Shown piece by piece: positions 1 through 10,854 of a stretch of 64,000 bases of DNA. The notes under the pieces were generated by a model. The model was not told where the DNA came from. It ran no database searches and worked only from the letters and a program-made list of their open reading frames with translations. The stretch comes from Myxococcales bacterium (GTDB lineage: Bacteria; Myxococcota_A; Polyangia; Polyangiales; DASUME01): the NCBI GenBank assembly GCA_047601445.1, contig JASGJH010000001.1, positions 3,616,001-3,680,000 on the forward strand, in the 5' to 3' direction. The position numbers and the translations under genes are program-made. Position 1 is the first letter of the stretch. Each line of letters begins with the position of its first letter.

Positions 1-1
1 G

Positions 2-1832
2 GCGTGCGGTTCGCCGCCGGCCACGACTACGGGCGGGGGCAACGGCTCCCTTGACGGTCCGGGCGATGGCGACGGGGACGACGCTCCGGGCGACGGGGAT
101 GGCGACGGCAACGGAAAGCCCCAGGCCCCGGTCTCCCTCAAGTCCTGCGGCAGCGACAACCCGGCGGGCCTCAGCGACAAGGACGTGAAGACACTGCTGG
201 CCGGCGGGGAGCCCGGCGACATGCGCTTCGTCTATCCCTACGACGGCACCGTGTTCCCGCGCGGCTTGGCTGCTCCCATCTTGATGTGGGACGGCGCGGG
301 CGACGGCGCGAACGCGGTGTACGTGCACATGAAGTCGAGCGCCTTCGAGTTCGAGGGTTGCCTCAAGCCCAGCGCCAAGGGGCAGATCGCGCTCCCGCAA
401 AACGTGTGGGAACAGGCAGCCGCGGGCACGGGCGGCAAGAGCGACCCCTTCCAGCTCGAGCTCTCGGTGCTGAGCGGAGGCAAAGCCAAGGGCCCCATCA
501 AGCGCGCGATCGTCATCGCCCCCGGCAGCCTCAAGGGGTCCGTCTTCTACAACAGCTACAGCTCCTCCATCGCGCGCAAGGCGGGAGCCACGGGTGGCGC
601 CGTACTGCGCATCCCGCCGGGTGGCAGCGCCGAGATGTTCGTGGGCAAAAACGGCTGTGCCGGCTGCCATGGGGCGTCGGCGGACGGCAAGCGTCTGGTC
701 ACGAGCGAGGGCGTCTACAAGCTCACCCCCGACATCGGCGTGAACCCTCCGCGCGAGCGCCAGACCACCACCGAGTTCGCGGGCCTCACCCCCGATGGCT
801 CCGTGTACGCCTATCAGGGCAAGGTGTTCGAGACCGACTCGGGCTCTCAGCTCATGAACACGGGCTTGCCGACCTCGGCCATGGAAATCGCCTGGTCTCC
901 CGATGGACGCTGGGTCTCCTTCATCGACGGTCCTGTGGATCCGCGCGGCGGCCCGGTGGCCGCCATCCCCCTGCCCTGCGTGCTCCCCAACGTCCCGCCG
1001 GGCTGCGGCACGGCTATGGCACCGGGACCGAGCAGCGGCGGCAACAACGGCCTGCTCACCATCATGAGTTGGGACAAGACCGCCCGCACCATGGGCGACA
1101 AGCGACGCATCACCAACCTGAGCGACCAGGCGCAGTGGCCGCTGTTTTTGCCCGACAACAAGGGCCTCATCTACACGGATACCGCCACCAACGACCTGTT
1201 GATCCTCGATGTGGCATCCGGCACCTCCACCGTGTTGGCCAAGGCCATGGGCTTCAAGAGCGTGCAAGACGTGAAGGACAACAAGACCTTCCTCCCCTAC
1301 GCCGCTGACGGCGAAGCGCGCCAGGCCTACTTTCCCACCGTCGCGCCCGTGGCTGCAGGCGGCTATTTCTGGGTCTACTTCGACACGCCTCGCCGCTACG
1401 GCAACATGAACACGAGCAAGATTCGACTCCGGCCTCACGGACCCGAGCGGCATCGTGAACGCGATCTTGCCCAGCCTGAACATCCCGGGGGCCGGCAGCT
1501 TCACCGCCTCCAAGCAGCTGTGGGTCACAGCCATCGAGATCTCCCCCGACGGCACCTACAAGGGCGACCCGAGCGCGCCGCCCTTCTATCTCCCGGGCCA
1601 GGAGATGGGCGCCAACAATCACCGCGCCTTCTCGGCTCTCGACCCCTGCCTCGACGAGGGCGAGACCTGCGACAGTGGCATCAAGTGTTGCTCGGGTTTC
1701 TGCAGCGAAGATCAGTGTGTGCCCCCGCCCAGCCGCTGCGCCGAGACCGAAGAAGCCTGCTCGTCCAATTCAGACTGCTGCGACTCGGCCGACCAGTGCA
1801 TCGGCGGCTTCTGCAGCATCGTGCTGCTCTGA
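2..1832 (+). CDS. Secreted lipoprotein with TolB/WD40-like beta-propeller and Cys-rich C-terminal repeats (5'-partial; apparent +1 frameshift at ~1422)
   Basis: Frame open from base 2 (ACGSPPATTTGGG..GDGDGD linker; possible lipobox Cys). Motifs YPYDGTVFPRGL, CAGCH and WSPDGRWVSF. Continues in the 1455..1832 frame (KQLWVTAI..DPSAPPFYLPGQ, then CCSGFC/CCDS repeats) if one T of GATTC at 1420-1424 is removed. Confidence 0.75.
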
Positions 1833-1961
1833 GCAGAGGACTCGGCGCCCCCCAAGGACGCGCTGAGCGCCTCACCGGCGCACCCGTTTTTTGCTCGCCG
1901 CTCGGCCCCCCAGGCACAATTGGAGGGCCCCTAGAATGGGCGAGTAAAGCAGGGATGTCGC

Positions 1962-2240
1962 GTGCTCGGTCTGACGATCCGGATTCTCGTCCTGTGCAGC
2001 GTGGTGTTTGCCGTGGTCTACGGCATCACCCGGGCGCTGCGCGCGAAGATCCAGGAGAGCCAGGTCGCGCGCATCCAGGCTGAAATCCGCGACCTTGGGT
2101 ATGCGGTGAAGGCCGGCAGCGTAGATGCGGAGACGTACGCCGCGCGCGCCGAGCAGATCCGGCGTGCCTGCGAGGACCTCGGCGTGGAGGTCCCGGACTT
2201 GCCCCTGCGATTGCCCGAGGGCGACGAAAGAGACGGTTGA
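1962..2240 (+). CDS. Small single-pass membrane protein (possible SHOCT-like C-terminal helix), first gene of SPFH operon
   Basis: 92 aa ORF with N-terminal hydrophobic helix; stop abuts the next start (2241). Confidence 0.7.
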   Translation: MLGLTIRILVLCSVVFAVVYGITRALRAKIQESQVARIQAEIRDLGYAVKAGSVDAETYAARAEQIRRACEDLGVEVPDLPLRLPEGDERDG

Positions 2241-3302
2241 ATGCGTATCCCGTGGCTTCCCGACAACGTCGTGAAGTGGCTCTGGCCTGCCTTGGCCGTG
2301 CTGCTCACCGTGTTCCTGCTGGCCTCCTCGGTGGTGGACATCGAGCCTGGCGAGGTCGCCGTGCGAGTCAACAACCTGACGGGGGACCAAACACCCATCG
2401 TCACGCCGGGCTGGACCACGCGCATCCCGTTCGTGCACTCGCTGCACGTGCTCGACGGAGCTCCCCAGAGCTTCTCCATGCGGGGCAACAAGGACGAGAG
2501 TGACTTGGTGGTCGCCCAGCTCACGGTGCGCGCCAGCGACGGCTCGAACTTCCACTTCGCCGACACCACGCTGAACTTCCAGCTCAAGGGAGAGGAGGCC
2601 GTGCGCGCCATCCGCGATAGCGGCCTGGGCGACGGCTTCAAGAACTGGCTGCGCCCCTACGTGCGCTCCATCTTGCGCGACGAGTTCGGGCGTGAGTCCA
2701 CCATCGCGGTCTCGAACCCCACCGCCTACGCTCAGGCCACCGATCGCGCGCGCGAGCGTTTGAACAAGGTGCTCGGCCCCCACGGCATCGTGGTCACGCA
2801 GCTGGTCACGCCACGGCCCCAATTCAACGATTCCTACGAGCACGCCATCGAAGAGCGCAACCGTCTGGGCAACGAGCTGCAGGTGATCACCTCGAACCTC
2901 GACCGCTCCGCCACCGAGCGCGACCGCCGCATCGCCGAGGTCGATCAGGCGCAGAACCGCGTGATCCAGGAGCGCCGTGCCTCGCTCGAGACCGACCTGG
3001 CGCGCGCCGTGGCCGAGCTCGCCGAGACCAAGCGCACCGCGGACACCTATCGCATCGGCAAGATCGCCGAGGGCCAGGCCGCCTTGAGCGCCGCGACTCA
3101 GACCGCCACGCAGCTGCAAGCGGAGCTCGACGCCAAGTACGCCTCGAAGCGCGCCGAGATCGAGGCTTTTCGCATCCAGCCCGTGGAGCGCGTGATGGAA
3201 CGCCTGGGTGAACGCCTCTCGGACGTGACCATCAACATTCAACCCTACGCCGACGACGCCACGCCGGCGCGCGTTCGCTACGAAGACGTGAGGGCACCAT
3301 GA
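2241..3302 (+). CDS. SPFH/band-7 (prohibitin-like) domain membrane protein with C-terminal coiled coil
   Basis: N-terminal TM, IEPGEVAVRVNNLTG, VRSILRDEFG, then an Ala/Glu/Arg-rich coiled coil. Confidence 0.8.
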   Translation: MRIPWLPDNVVKWLWPALAVLLTVFLLASSVVDIEPGEVAVRVNNLTGDQTPIVTPGWTTRIPFVHSLHVLDGAPQSFSMRGNKDESDLVVAQLTVRASDGSNFHFADTTLNFQLKGEEAVRAIRDSGLGDGFKNWLRPYVRSILRDEFGRESTIAVSNPTAYAQATDRARERLNKVLGPHGIVVTQLVTPRPQFNDSYEHAIEERNRLGNELQVITSNLDRSATERDRRIAEVDQAQNRVIQERRASLETDLARAVAELAETKRTADTYRIGKIAEGQAALSAATQTATQLQAELDAKYASKRAEIEAFRIQPVERVMERLGERLSDVTINIQPYADDATPARVRYEDVRAP

Positions 3303-4564
3303 TCGGCAGTATCCGTCGACCCAAGAAGAACCAATCGGAAGACGAGCCGAGCGAGAAGGCCCCCGATTCCAAGCTGCTGACGCTCTCCCGCATCTACGTG
3401 CTGGGCTTCTTCGGCTTCGTGCTGCTGCGAGCCTGTGGACTCACCACGGTGGAGGCGGGCACGGTGGGCGTTCGTTACAACAACGCGCTCGGCCTGCACC
3501 AGCACGACCTCGAGCCGGGCTATCACATGGAGCTCACCGGATTGCAGCGCGTGTACCGCCTGCCCACGAGCTATCTGATCGTCAACTACGAAGGCTCCGA
3601 CAGCTTCAGCGTCCGCACCAAGGACAACAACACCATCCTGCTCGACGTGTCGATCCCATACCGTATCAAGCCGGGTCAGGCCTGGAAGGTGATGGACGCG
3701 GGCAACCATCTCGACACGGGTGACGGCAAGTATCGCTTCCAGCGCTTCGCCGAGCAGACCGCTACCGGCGTACTGCGCGAACACTTGGCCGAGCTGCAAA
3801 GCGAGGACTTTTACAACACCACGCGCCGTCTGGAGGTCACCACGGAAGCGCTCAAGGTGCTCAACAGGCAGCTCGATGCCTACCACCTCGAGGCTCTCAC
3901 GATCCTGGTGCGCGCGACCTATTTCCGCGAGGAGTACGAGAATCAGCTGGCGCGCATCCAGCTCAACGAGCAGCAGAAGCTGCTCGATGGCGCCAAGCGG
4001 GCGGTGGCCGAGCGTCAGCAGGATCTCGACAACTTCGAGCAGCAATCGAACGCCATGGTGTCCGCCAAGGAGCAGGACTGGGCCGAGCGCATCGCCGAGC
4101 TCGACCGCGCCTATCAGGTCGGCTCCATCGAGACGGGCAACGACCGAACGCCCGGGGCCGCGCGCAAACTGCTCGGCACGCTCTCCGAGGAGAAGCAGGC
4201 CGAGCTGGTGACCAAGGCGGGTCAGGTGTTCGGCATCGAAGAGACCCGCGTCACGGATGCCCACCTGTTGGGCATCAAGAACGTGGAGGCGGAGAAGACG
4301 GAGTACGAGCAGCGTGTGAACGCCGAGGCCGACGCCGTAGCGGCGCGCCTCAACGCCGAGGGTGAGGCCAAAGTGGCCGTAATCAAGGGAGCCTACGAGA
4401 CGCGCGTCAACCAGCTGCTCTCGAGTCCGGCGGGTCGCGCCTATGTGGCCTACAACGTCGCCAACCAAGTGAACTTCGCAGATACGCTCACCTTCCAGAG
4501 CAGCGATGGAGTGCCCTCGGTGCTGGATTTGGGGTTGTTGGCGAGGAAGCTGATGGGCCGCTAG
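3299..4564 (+). CDS. SPFH/band-7 domain membrane protein with coiled coil
   Basis: TM, VEAGTVGVRYNN, FSVRTKDNNTILLDVSIPYRI, LREHLAEL; ATGA overlap with the upstream SPFH gene. Confidence 0.8.
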   Translation: MIGSIRRPKKNQSEDEPSEKAPDSKLLTLSRIYVLGFFGFVLLRACGLTTVEAGTVGVRYNNALGLHQHDLEPGYHMELTGLQRVYRLPTSYLIVNYEGSDSFSVRTKDNNTILLDVSIPYRIKPGQAWKVMDAGNHLDTGDGKYRFQRFAEQTATGVLREHLAELQSEDFYNTTRRLEVTTEALKVLNRQLDAYHLEALTILVRATYFREEYENQLARIQLNEQQKLLDGAKRAVAERQQDLDNFEQQSNAMVSAKEQDWAERIAELDRAYQVGSIETGNDRTPGAARKLLGTLSEEKQAELVTKAGQVFGIEETRVTDAHLLGIKNVEAEKTEYEQRVNAEADAVAARLNAEGEAKVAVIKGAYETRVNQLLSSPAGRAYVAYNVANQVNFADTLTFQSSDGVPSVLDLGLLARKLMGR

Positions 4565-4672
4565 GGAGAGGCTGACGGCTTAGGCTGGGTAACCGTCCAT
4601 CGCCGTCGCTCTCGACCGCGGATTGATCGATGGTCACACGGGGCACGGGCTCGTTTACAAACCGCAAGACGC

Positions 4673-5368
4673 GTGCCCAAACGGCGCCGGCCTGACATCC
4701 TTGGGCTCGTGTTACCCCTCGCTCCGAGCCACGTCATCTTCGATCTCGACGGCACTTTGCTCGATACCGAGCCCCTCTACACCCAGGCAGCCCAGGCTGT
4801 GGTCGGTCGCTTCGGCAAGACCTACGACTGGAGCATCAAGCGCCACACCATCGGCGGCGATCCCCACTCCGGCGCGCGCTTCGTGGTGGACACACTGAAG
4901 CTGCCGATCTCTCCGCAGCAATACCTCGAGGAGCGCGAGGGCATGATGCGCGAGCTGTGCAAGACGGCGCGCCCGAAGCCAGGTGCCCAGGGATTGGTGG
5001 AGAACCTCAGCCGACGCGGCATCCCCCTTGCCATCGGCACCAGCAGCGGCCGAGAGTTGTGCGAGATCAAGCTGGCTCCCCACGCCTTCATGGGGCACTT
5101 CCGCAGCGTGGTGTGCAGCGACGACCCGGGTATCCGCGGTGGCAAGCCCGCTCCCGACATCTTCCTGAAGGCCGCCGCCGAGCTCGGCGCGGAGCCCGCC
5201 CGCTGCTTGGTGTTCGAGGACACCTTGATGGGGGTGCGCGCGGCGGTCGCGGCGGGCATGCAAGTGATCGTCGTGCCCGACGCCAACCTGAGCGATGTGG
5301 ACTTCAGCGCGGCCACCCACGTGCTCACGAGCCTGGAAGGGCTCGAGCTCGCGGCCTTGGGGCTGTAA
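4673..5368 (+). CDS. HAD-superfamily phosphatase (beta-PGM/pseudouridine-5'-phosphatase-like)
   Basis: IFDLDGTLLDTE, GTSS, GKPAPDIF and VFED motifs; true start may be GTG 4709. Confidence 0.9.
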   Translation: MPKRRRPDILGLVLPLAPSHVIFDLDGTLLDTEPLYTQAAQAVVGRFGKTYDWSIKRHTIGGDPHSGARFVVDTLKLPISPQQYLEEREGMMRELCKTARPKPGAQGLVENLSRRGIPLAIGTSSGRELCEIKLAPHAFMGHFRSVVCSDDPGIRGGKPAPDIFLKAAAELGAEPARCLVFEDTLMGVRAAVAAGMQVIVVPDANLSDVDFSAATHVLTSLEGLELAALGL

Positions 5369-5515
5369 GCACGGGCAGTGAGCGCATCGAAGCGCTCACG
5401 AAAACCCGCTCTCTGTTACAGCCAGACTTCCGAACCGTTGCGTGATGCTGCCCGCGAGCTTTAGGCCTTGCGCGACCGTGCGACGTTGGGAACGGTTGCC
5501 ATGCGGAGGACGGCG

Positions 5516-7258
5516 ATGGCGAGCGAGAACCCGAAACCTAGCTTCATGCGGGCCCTGTGCATGGGGGACATCGAACAAGAGCTAATCTTTCCGTATCCCG
5601 AGCTGAGCGCGGAAAAGAAGGAGATCCTGCGCGACGTGCTCGGCTCGGTGGACGCCTTGCTCGGCAACCACGCGGGGGACTTCCGCAAGTGGGACCAGCA
5701 GGGCGAGTTCCCCATGAGCTTCATCGAGGAGCTGAAGCAGTTCGGCATGTTCGGCCTGGTCATCCCGGAGGAGTTCGGCGGCCTGGGCTTCCAGAGCGCC
5801 TCCTATTCGCGCACGCTGCAGCAGGTGGCGCGCTACGACGCCTCCGTGGCCGTGACTATCGGAGCCCACAGCTCCATCGGCATGCGCGGCCTACTCTTGT
5901 CGGGGACCGACGAGCAAAAAGCACGCTACTACCCCGACCTCGCGAGCGGCCGACGCATCGCAGCGTTCTGCCTCACCGAGCCGGGCTCGGGCTCGGACGC
6001 CAGCTCCATTCGCACCACGGCGGAGCTCGACGGGGACCACTGGGTGATCAACGGCGAGAAGCTCTGGATCACCAACGGCGGCATCGCCAGCTTCTTCACC
6101 GTGTTCGCCAAGACGCCTTCGGCGGGCAAAGGCAAGATGACCGCCTTCCTGGTGACGCCGGAGATGGGCGGCGTCACGCCCGGTCCCCATGAAGACAAGA
6201 TGGGCATCCGCGCCAGTAGCACCACCACGGTCACCTTCGACAACACGCGCGTGCCCGCGGACCACGTGCTCGGCGAGGTGGGCGCCGGCTTCAAGGTCGC
6301 GATGGCCATCTTGAACAACGGGCGCACCGGCCTGGGCGGAGGCTCCGTGGGCGCCATGAAGCACGTGATTTCCCTGGCGGCCCAGCACGCCCGGGATCGC
6401 AAGCAGTTCGGCAAGCCCATCTACGAGTTCGGTCTGATCAAGCAGAAACTCGGTCGCATGATGGTGGACTGCTACGCGGCCGAATCGGTGGTCAACCTGG
6501 TCGCTCACATGATCGACAGCAAGAGCCAGGACTACGCCGTGGAGGCCGCCATCTCCAAGATCTTCGCCAGCGAGGCCCTGTTCCGCGTCTCGGACGAGGC
6601 GCTGCAGATCGCGGCGGGCGTCGGCTACATGCGGGAGCTGCCCTACGAGCGTGTGGCGCGTGACGCGCGCATCATGCGCATCTTCGAGGGCACCAACGAG
6701 ATCCTGCGGCTGTTCGTGGCACTCACCGCGATGAGCGACGTCGGCGATCAGCTCAAGGACCTCGCCAGCGGTGTGAAGGGTGTCTTCGCGGATCCCATCA
6801 AGGGTTTCGGTGTATGGACCGACTACGCCAGGCGGCAGGCAGCACTGCGCACCGGCATCTCGGCCAGCAGCAAGCTGCAGGGCCTGCCCGAGTCGCTGCG
6901 CGACGTGAGCACCACCTTCGAGGACGCCACGCGCCAGCTGGCCCAGGGCGCCGACCGCATCCTGCGCAAGCACGGCCGCCACATCATCGGCAAGCAGCTC
7001 GCCACGCGACGGCTCTCGGACATCATGGTGGACCTGTTCGTGATGGCTGCGATGCTCAGTCGCGTGGGCACGAGCGTTGGACGCCAGGGGGCCCAGGCCA
7101 GCGAGAAGGAAATCGCCATCCTGCGCTCCTACGTGGGTCAGGCCAAGACGCGCATCGATCGCAACTTCGCCCGCATCGACGACAACGAAGACGAGCTGAT
7201 CAAGGCGCTGGGCGATCACGCCGTCGAGCACGAGGGTTATCCCTGGGACGTGCTGTGA
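5516..7258 (+). CDS. Acyl-CoA dehydrogenase (VLCAD/ACAD9-like, long C-terminus)
   Basis: FCLTEPGSGSDA, NGEKLWITNG, KMGIRAS, RDARIMRIFEGTNEILR; RBS GGAGGA at ~5505. Confidence 0.93.
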   Translation: MASENPKPSFMRALCMGDIEQELIFPYPELSAEKKEILRDVLGSVDALLGNHAGDFRKWDQQGEFPMSFIEELKQFGMFGLVIPEEFGGLGFQSASYSRTLQQVARYDASVAVTIGAHSSIGMRGLLLSGTDEQKARYYPDLASGRRIAAFCLTEPGSGSDASSIRTTAELDGDHWVINGEKLWITNGGIASFFTVFAKTPSAGKGKMTAFLVTPEMGGVTPGPHEDKMGIRASSTTTVTFDNTRVPADHVLGEVGAGFKVAMAILNNGRTGLGGGSVGAMKHVISLAAQHARDRKQFGKPIYEFGLIKQKLGRMMVDCYAAESVVNLVAHMIDSKSQDYAVEAAISKIFASEALFRVSDEALQIAAGVGYMRELPYERVARDARIMRIFEGTNEILRLFVALTAMSDVGDQLKDLASGVKGVFADPIKGFGVWTDYARRQAALRTGISASSKLQGLPESLRDVSTTFEDATRQLAQGADRILRKHGRHIIGKQLATRRLSDIMVDLFVMAAMLSRVGTSVGRQGAQASEKEIAILRSYVGQAKTRIDRNFARIDDNEDELIKALGDHAVEHEGYPWDVL

Positions 7259-7442
7259 TCGGCTCAGGTTGAATGGAGCCCATGGCTCGCACGGGTCGCC
7301 CAGTCTCGGCGCACGTCTCAGGGAGAGCGCCACCGTTCGCACGCAATGGACGTCCGCGGAAACGTGTGATGTCGGGCGGAGGCGGATGTCGTAGAAAAAA
7401 CGCCATTGCTCGAGGCGCCTCCTTCATCACTCTTGGGGGCAT

Positions 7443-7985
7443 ATGCCCTCGCTGACCCGCGTTTTTTTCAGCGCCGCTCTGGCCCTCGGCATCCACGCTT
7501 TCGCGCCACTCGCGCAGGCGGAAATGACCCCGGGCGAGCAGTTCCTCGGAGAGTATCGCGACATCTCGACGAGCCAGTCGCGGCAACGTATCGGCGACGC
7601 CATCAGCCGCGCCACTGCCCCCATGGGCATGCTGGTTCGCTCGGTGGCCAAGAAGCGGCTCGAAGAGGTGAACCCCGCCTACCCCAGCATCCGCATCACG
7701 CGTCGCGGCGATCTGCTGTCGGCGACCTTCGCGGGCCAGTCGTACGCAGCGAGCACGGACGGCACGCCACGCCGCAACGTCGCAGCGGACGGCTGCGCGG
7801 TGTACGTGTCCTATTCAGTGGAAGGCAATACGCTGCACGCACGCTACAAGGTGTCGGATGGGGAGAAGCGCTTCGACCTCACCCACGTCCCCGGCACTCC
7901 TCGGCTGGGCGTGCAAGTCACCGTGACGAGCAAGCGGCTGCCCAAGCCTGTGCTCTACGAGCTCGCCTACGTGAAAATGCCCTGA
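7443..7985 (+). CDS. Secreted hypothetical protein
   Basis: 180 aa; Sec signal peptide (AQA cleavage); GC-rich third positions. Confidence 0.7.
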   Translation: MPSLTRVFFSAALALGIHAFAPLAQAEMTPGEQFLGEYRDISTSQSRQRIGDAISRATAPMGMLVRSVAKKRLEEVNPAYPSIRITRRGDLLSATFAGQSYAASTDGTPRRNVAADGCAVYVSYSVEGNTLHARYKVSDGEKRFDLTHVPGTPRLGVQVTVTSKRLPKPVLYELAYVKMP

Positions 7986-8019
7986 GCCCCGCGCACCTGA
8001 GCTTGGAGAGCGGGGGCTC
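7985..8019 (+). terminator. GC-rich stem-loop just after stop codon
   Basis: GAGCCCC..GGGGCTC inverted repeat; no U-tract. Confidence 0.35.
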
Positions 8020-8223
8020 GGAGATTCGAGCGACACGGGATGTTGGAGCGAGAAAGGCGGTCCGCGCGGCCGTCACGCCGCAGCAAGCGCGGCGCACCAG
8101 GCTGATTGTTTACGATCCCTAACCACTGTGTCGGGCGCCGCGAGCCTTCCCCGGTGCTGTCATCAACGGTAGGTGTGTGCACGTCGAGGTTGACACCACA
8201 ACGCATCTCTCGAGGAAAGCACC

Positions 8224-8979
8224 ATGACTACCCATTCTCTCAAGAACAAGGTTGCGCTGATCGGCGGCGGCGCGAAGAACCTGGGCGGCCTACTCTCACG
8301 GACCTTCGCCTCCGAGGGCGCCAAGGTGATCGTGCACTACAACAGTGCGGCCACCAAGGCCGCCGCCGACGAGACGCTCGCCGCCATCGCGCGCGCCGGT
8401 GGTGAAGCCTTCGCCGTGCAGGCCGACCTCACGCGGGCCGCGAACGTCGCTCGCTTGTTCGACGAGGGAAAACAGCGCTTCGGACGAATCGACGTGGCCG
8501 TGAACACGGCCGGCAAGGTCCTGCGAAAGCCGATCATCGAGACGACCGAGGCCGAGTACGACGAGATGCTCGCGGTCAATGCCAAGGCCGCCTTCTTCTT
8601 CATCAAGGAGGCTGGCCGCACGCTCAACGAAGGCGGCAAGATCGTGACGATCGTCACCTCGTTGCTCGCGGCGTTCACCGATGGATACGCGACCTATGCT
8701 GGCGGCAAGTCCCCCGTCGAGCACTTCACGCGCGCCGCGGCCAAGGAGTTTGCAGGCCGGCGCATCTCCGTGACGGCCGTCGGACCGGGGCCCATGGACA
8801 CTCCCTTCTTCTATGGGCAGGAGACCCCGGAGCGCGTGGCCTTCCACAAGTCCCAGGCGATGACGGGACAACTCACGAAGATCGAGGACATCGTACCCAT
8901 CCTGAAGCACCTGGTGACCGACGGTTGGTGGATAACCGGCCAGACGATCTTCGCCAATGGGGGATACACCACGCGCTAG
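8224..8979 (+). CDS. Short-chain dehydrogenase/reductase
   Basis: GGGAKNLG, YAGGK catalytic motif, GPGPMDT, ITGQTIFANGG; RBS GAGGA. Confidence 0.93.
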   Translation: MTTHSLKNKVALIGGGAKNLGGLLSRTFASEGAKVIVHYNSAATKAAADETLAAIARAGGEAFAVQADLTRAANVARLFDEGKQRFGRIDVAVNTAGKVLRKPIIETTEAEYDEMLAVNAKAAFFFIKEAGRTLNEGGKIVTIVTSLLAAFTDGYATYAGGKSPVEHFTRAAAKEFAGRRISVTAVGPGPMDTPFFYGQETPERVAFHKSQAMTGQLTKIEDIVPILKHLVTDGWWITGQTIFANGGYTTR

Positions 8980-9042
8980 CTTTGCGCGGATGCCCGCCTT
9001 TATCGTATCGTGAGCCCGTTTCGACCCCCGAAGCGAGGCCCC

Positions 9043-10467
9043 GTGGACATCACTCCGCACATCGACCGCCCCCCCGCATCTGCCGCGAACGCTGGCGTCA
9101 CCACGGATCCCGCCGCGCTTCGCCGTATCATCTTCGCCGCCTCGCTCGGCACGTTGTTCGAGTGGTACGACTTCTATCTCTACGGCAGTCTGGCGACCTT
9201 CTTCGGGAGTCTGTTCTTCCCCGAGGGCAACGAGACGGCGCAGCTATTGGCGAGCCTGGCGACTTTCGGAGCCGGCTTCGGCGTACGTCCGCTCGGGGCG
9301 CTCGTGTTCGGACACATCGGCGATCGCGTGGGCCGCAAATACACCTTCATGGTGACCATGGCGCTGATGGGCTTCAGCACCGCGGCGATCGGACTCTTGC
9401 CCACCTACGCCACGCTCGGCTTGGGGGCCACCACCCTGCTCGTACTGCTGCGCTTGCTGCAGGGCCTTGCGCTCGGAGGTGAATACGGCGGTGCCGCCAC
9501 CTACGTCGCGGAGCACGTGCCGGATCACCAGCGCGGCTACTACACGAGCTTCATCCAAACCACGGCGACGCTGGGATTCTTGGTGAGCCTGGGCGTCATC
9601 GGCTGCTCCCGTGGCGTGCTCGGTGAGGAGCAGTTCCGCGCCTTCGGCTGGCGCATCCCGTTCCTGCTCTCCTTCGTGCTGCTCGCGGTCTCACTCTACA
9701 TCCGCGTGCGCATGCAGGAGTCACCGCTGTTCGCCAAGCTGCGCACCGAGAAGCGCGTGGTGGTGAATCCGCTCAAGGAGAGCTTCACCAACCCGCTCAA
9801 CCTCAAGTACGTACTGATCGCGCTGTTCGGTGTCACCGCGGGCCAGGGCGTGGTGTGGTACACGGGCCAGTTCTATGCGCTGACCTTCCTGCAGAGCGCG
9901 CTCAAGGTGGGTTGGCAGAGCGCCTATCTCATGATGGGCGTGGCATTGGGCCTGGCCACCCCGCTCTACGTGTTCTTCGGTTGGCTGTCCGACCGCGTGG
10001 GGCGCAAGAAGATCATGCTGCTCGGCATGGCGCTGGCTGCCCTGACCTACGTGCCCTTGTTCGTGGCCCTCCGCCAAGTGGCCACCCCGAGCAGCGCAGG
10101 AGCCTCTCTCTCCAACGCAAGCCTCGCGCTAGGAACGCTGATTCTGCTCGCCATGATGATCTACGGCTGCATGGTGTACGGCCCCATCGCGGCGTTCTTG
10201 GTGGAGCTCTTCCCCACGCAGATCCGCTACACCTCCATGTCCTTGCCTTACCACCTGGGCAACGGCTGGTTCGGCGGCTTTCTCCCGCTGATCGCCACCG
10301 CGGTGACCGCGTCCGATTGGGCCAAGCAGACCTTCGGAGAACACGCCATCTATACAGGCCTCGGCTATCCTATCGCCGTATGCGTGCTCAGCCTGGTGAT
10401 CGGAGGGCTGCTCGTGAGGGAGACCAAGGATCATCAGATCGATGCGGATGTGCATCTGGGCGGGTAG
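9043..10467 (+). CDS. MFS transporter, metabolite:H+ symporter (MHS) family
   Basis: GTLFEWYDFYLY, GDRVGRK, LQGLALGGEYGG, ELFPTQIRY. Confidence 0.92.
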   Translation: MDITPHIDRPPASAANAGVTTDPAALRRIIFAASLGTLFEWYDFYLYGSLATFFGSLFFPEGNETAQLLASLATFGAGFGVRPLGALVFGHIGDRVGRKYTFMVTMALMGFSTAAIGLLPTYATLGLGATTLLVLLRLLQGLALGGEYGGAATYVAEHVPDHQRGYYTSFIQTTATLGFLVSLGVIGCSRGVLGEEQFRAFGWRIPFLLSFVLLAVSLYIRVRMQESPLFAKLRTEKRVVVNPLKESFTNPLNLKYVLIALFGVTAGQGVVWYTGQFYALTFLQSALKVGWQSAYLMMGVALGLATPLYVFFGWLSDRVGRKKIMLLGMALAALTYVPLFVALRQVATPSSAGASLSNASLALGTLILLAMMIYGCMVYGPIAAFLVELFPTQIRYTSMSLPYHLGNGWFGGFLPLIATAVTASDWAKQTFGEHAIYTGLGYPIAVCVLSLVIGGLLVRETKDHQIDADVHLGG

Positions 10468-10753
10468 TCCCCGCACGGCCGGTTGGCCCTGAGCGCGGAA
10501 CCTCCGTGCACGCGCGACAACGCGATCGCCTACCCCGGCCAAAAAGGGGGGAACGCTGCCTGGGCAAGCCGAAGGCGCTGCCGCGCGTGCATCAAACGTC
10601 GACCGGCGGACAGACCGCTACTGGGGGATTTGAGCTGCTCCTGCTCGCCAGTGCCGACGTTGTGTGGTGCTCTTTCTTACGCAAATCCGCCCCGTTTTCT
10701 GCCCCCGACAGGCGCCGCCGGGCGCGTGCCCCCTTCGTGCGGGGGCCGTACAC

Positions 10754-10854
10754 CGTGAGCGAAGCGGACCTCGCGGTGGAGTGGGTCCCGTCGCGGCTTC
10801 GCCGCGACGGGCGGGGAGGGCGCGTGCCCTCCCCGTTCGAAAAGGCGCGATCTC
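10754..10854 (+). repeat. ~100-bp dispersed double-hairpin repeat (REP/MITE-like), copy 1
   Basis: Matches the reverse complement of 34231-34327; hairpins CCGTCGCGGC-TTC-GCCGCGACGG and GGGGAGGGC-GCGT-GCCCTCCCC. Confidence 0.85.

Noticed and set aside
1425..2083. Arg-rich C-terminal tail of the 632-aa ORF (likewise 20548-21278 of the 574-aa ORF)
   Set aside because: Out-of-frame read-through after frameshifts; the coding signal moves to another frame.
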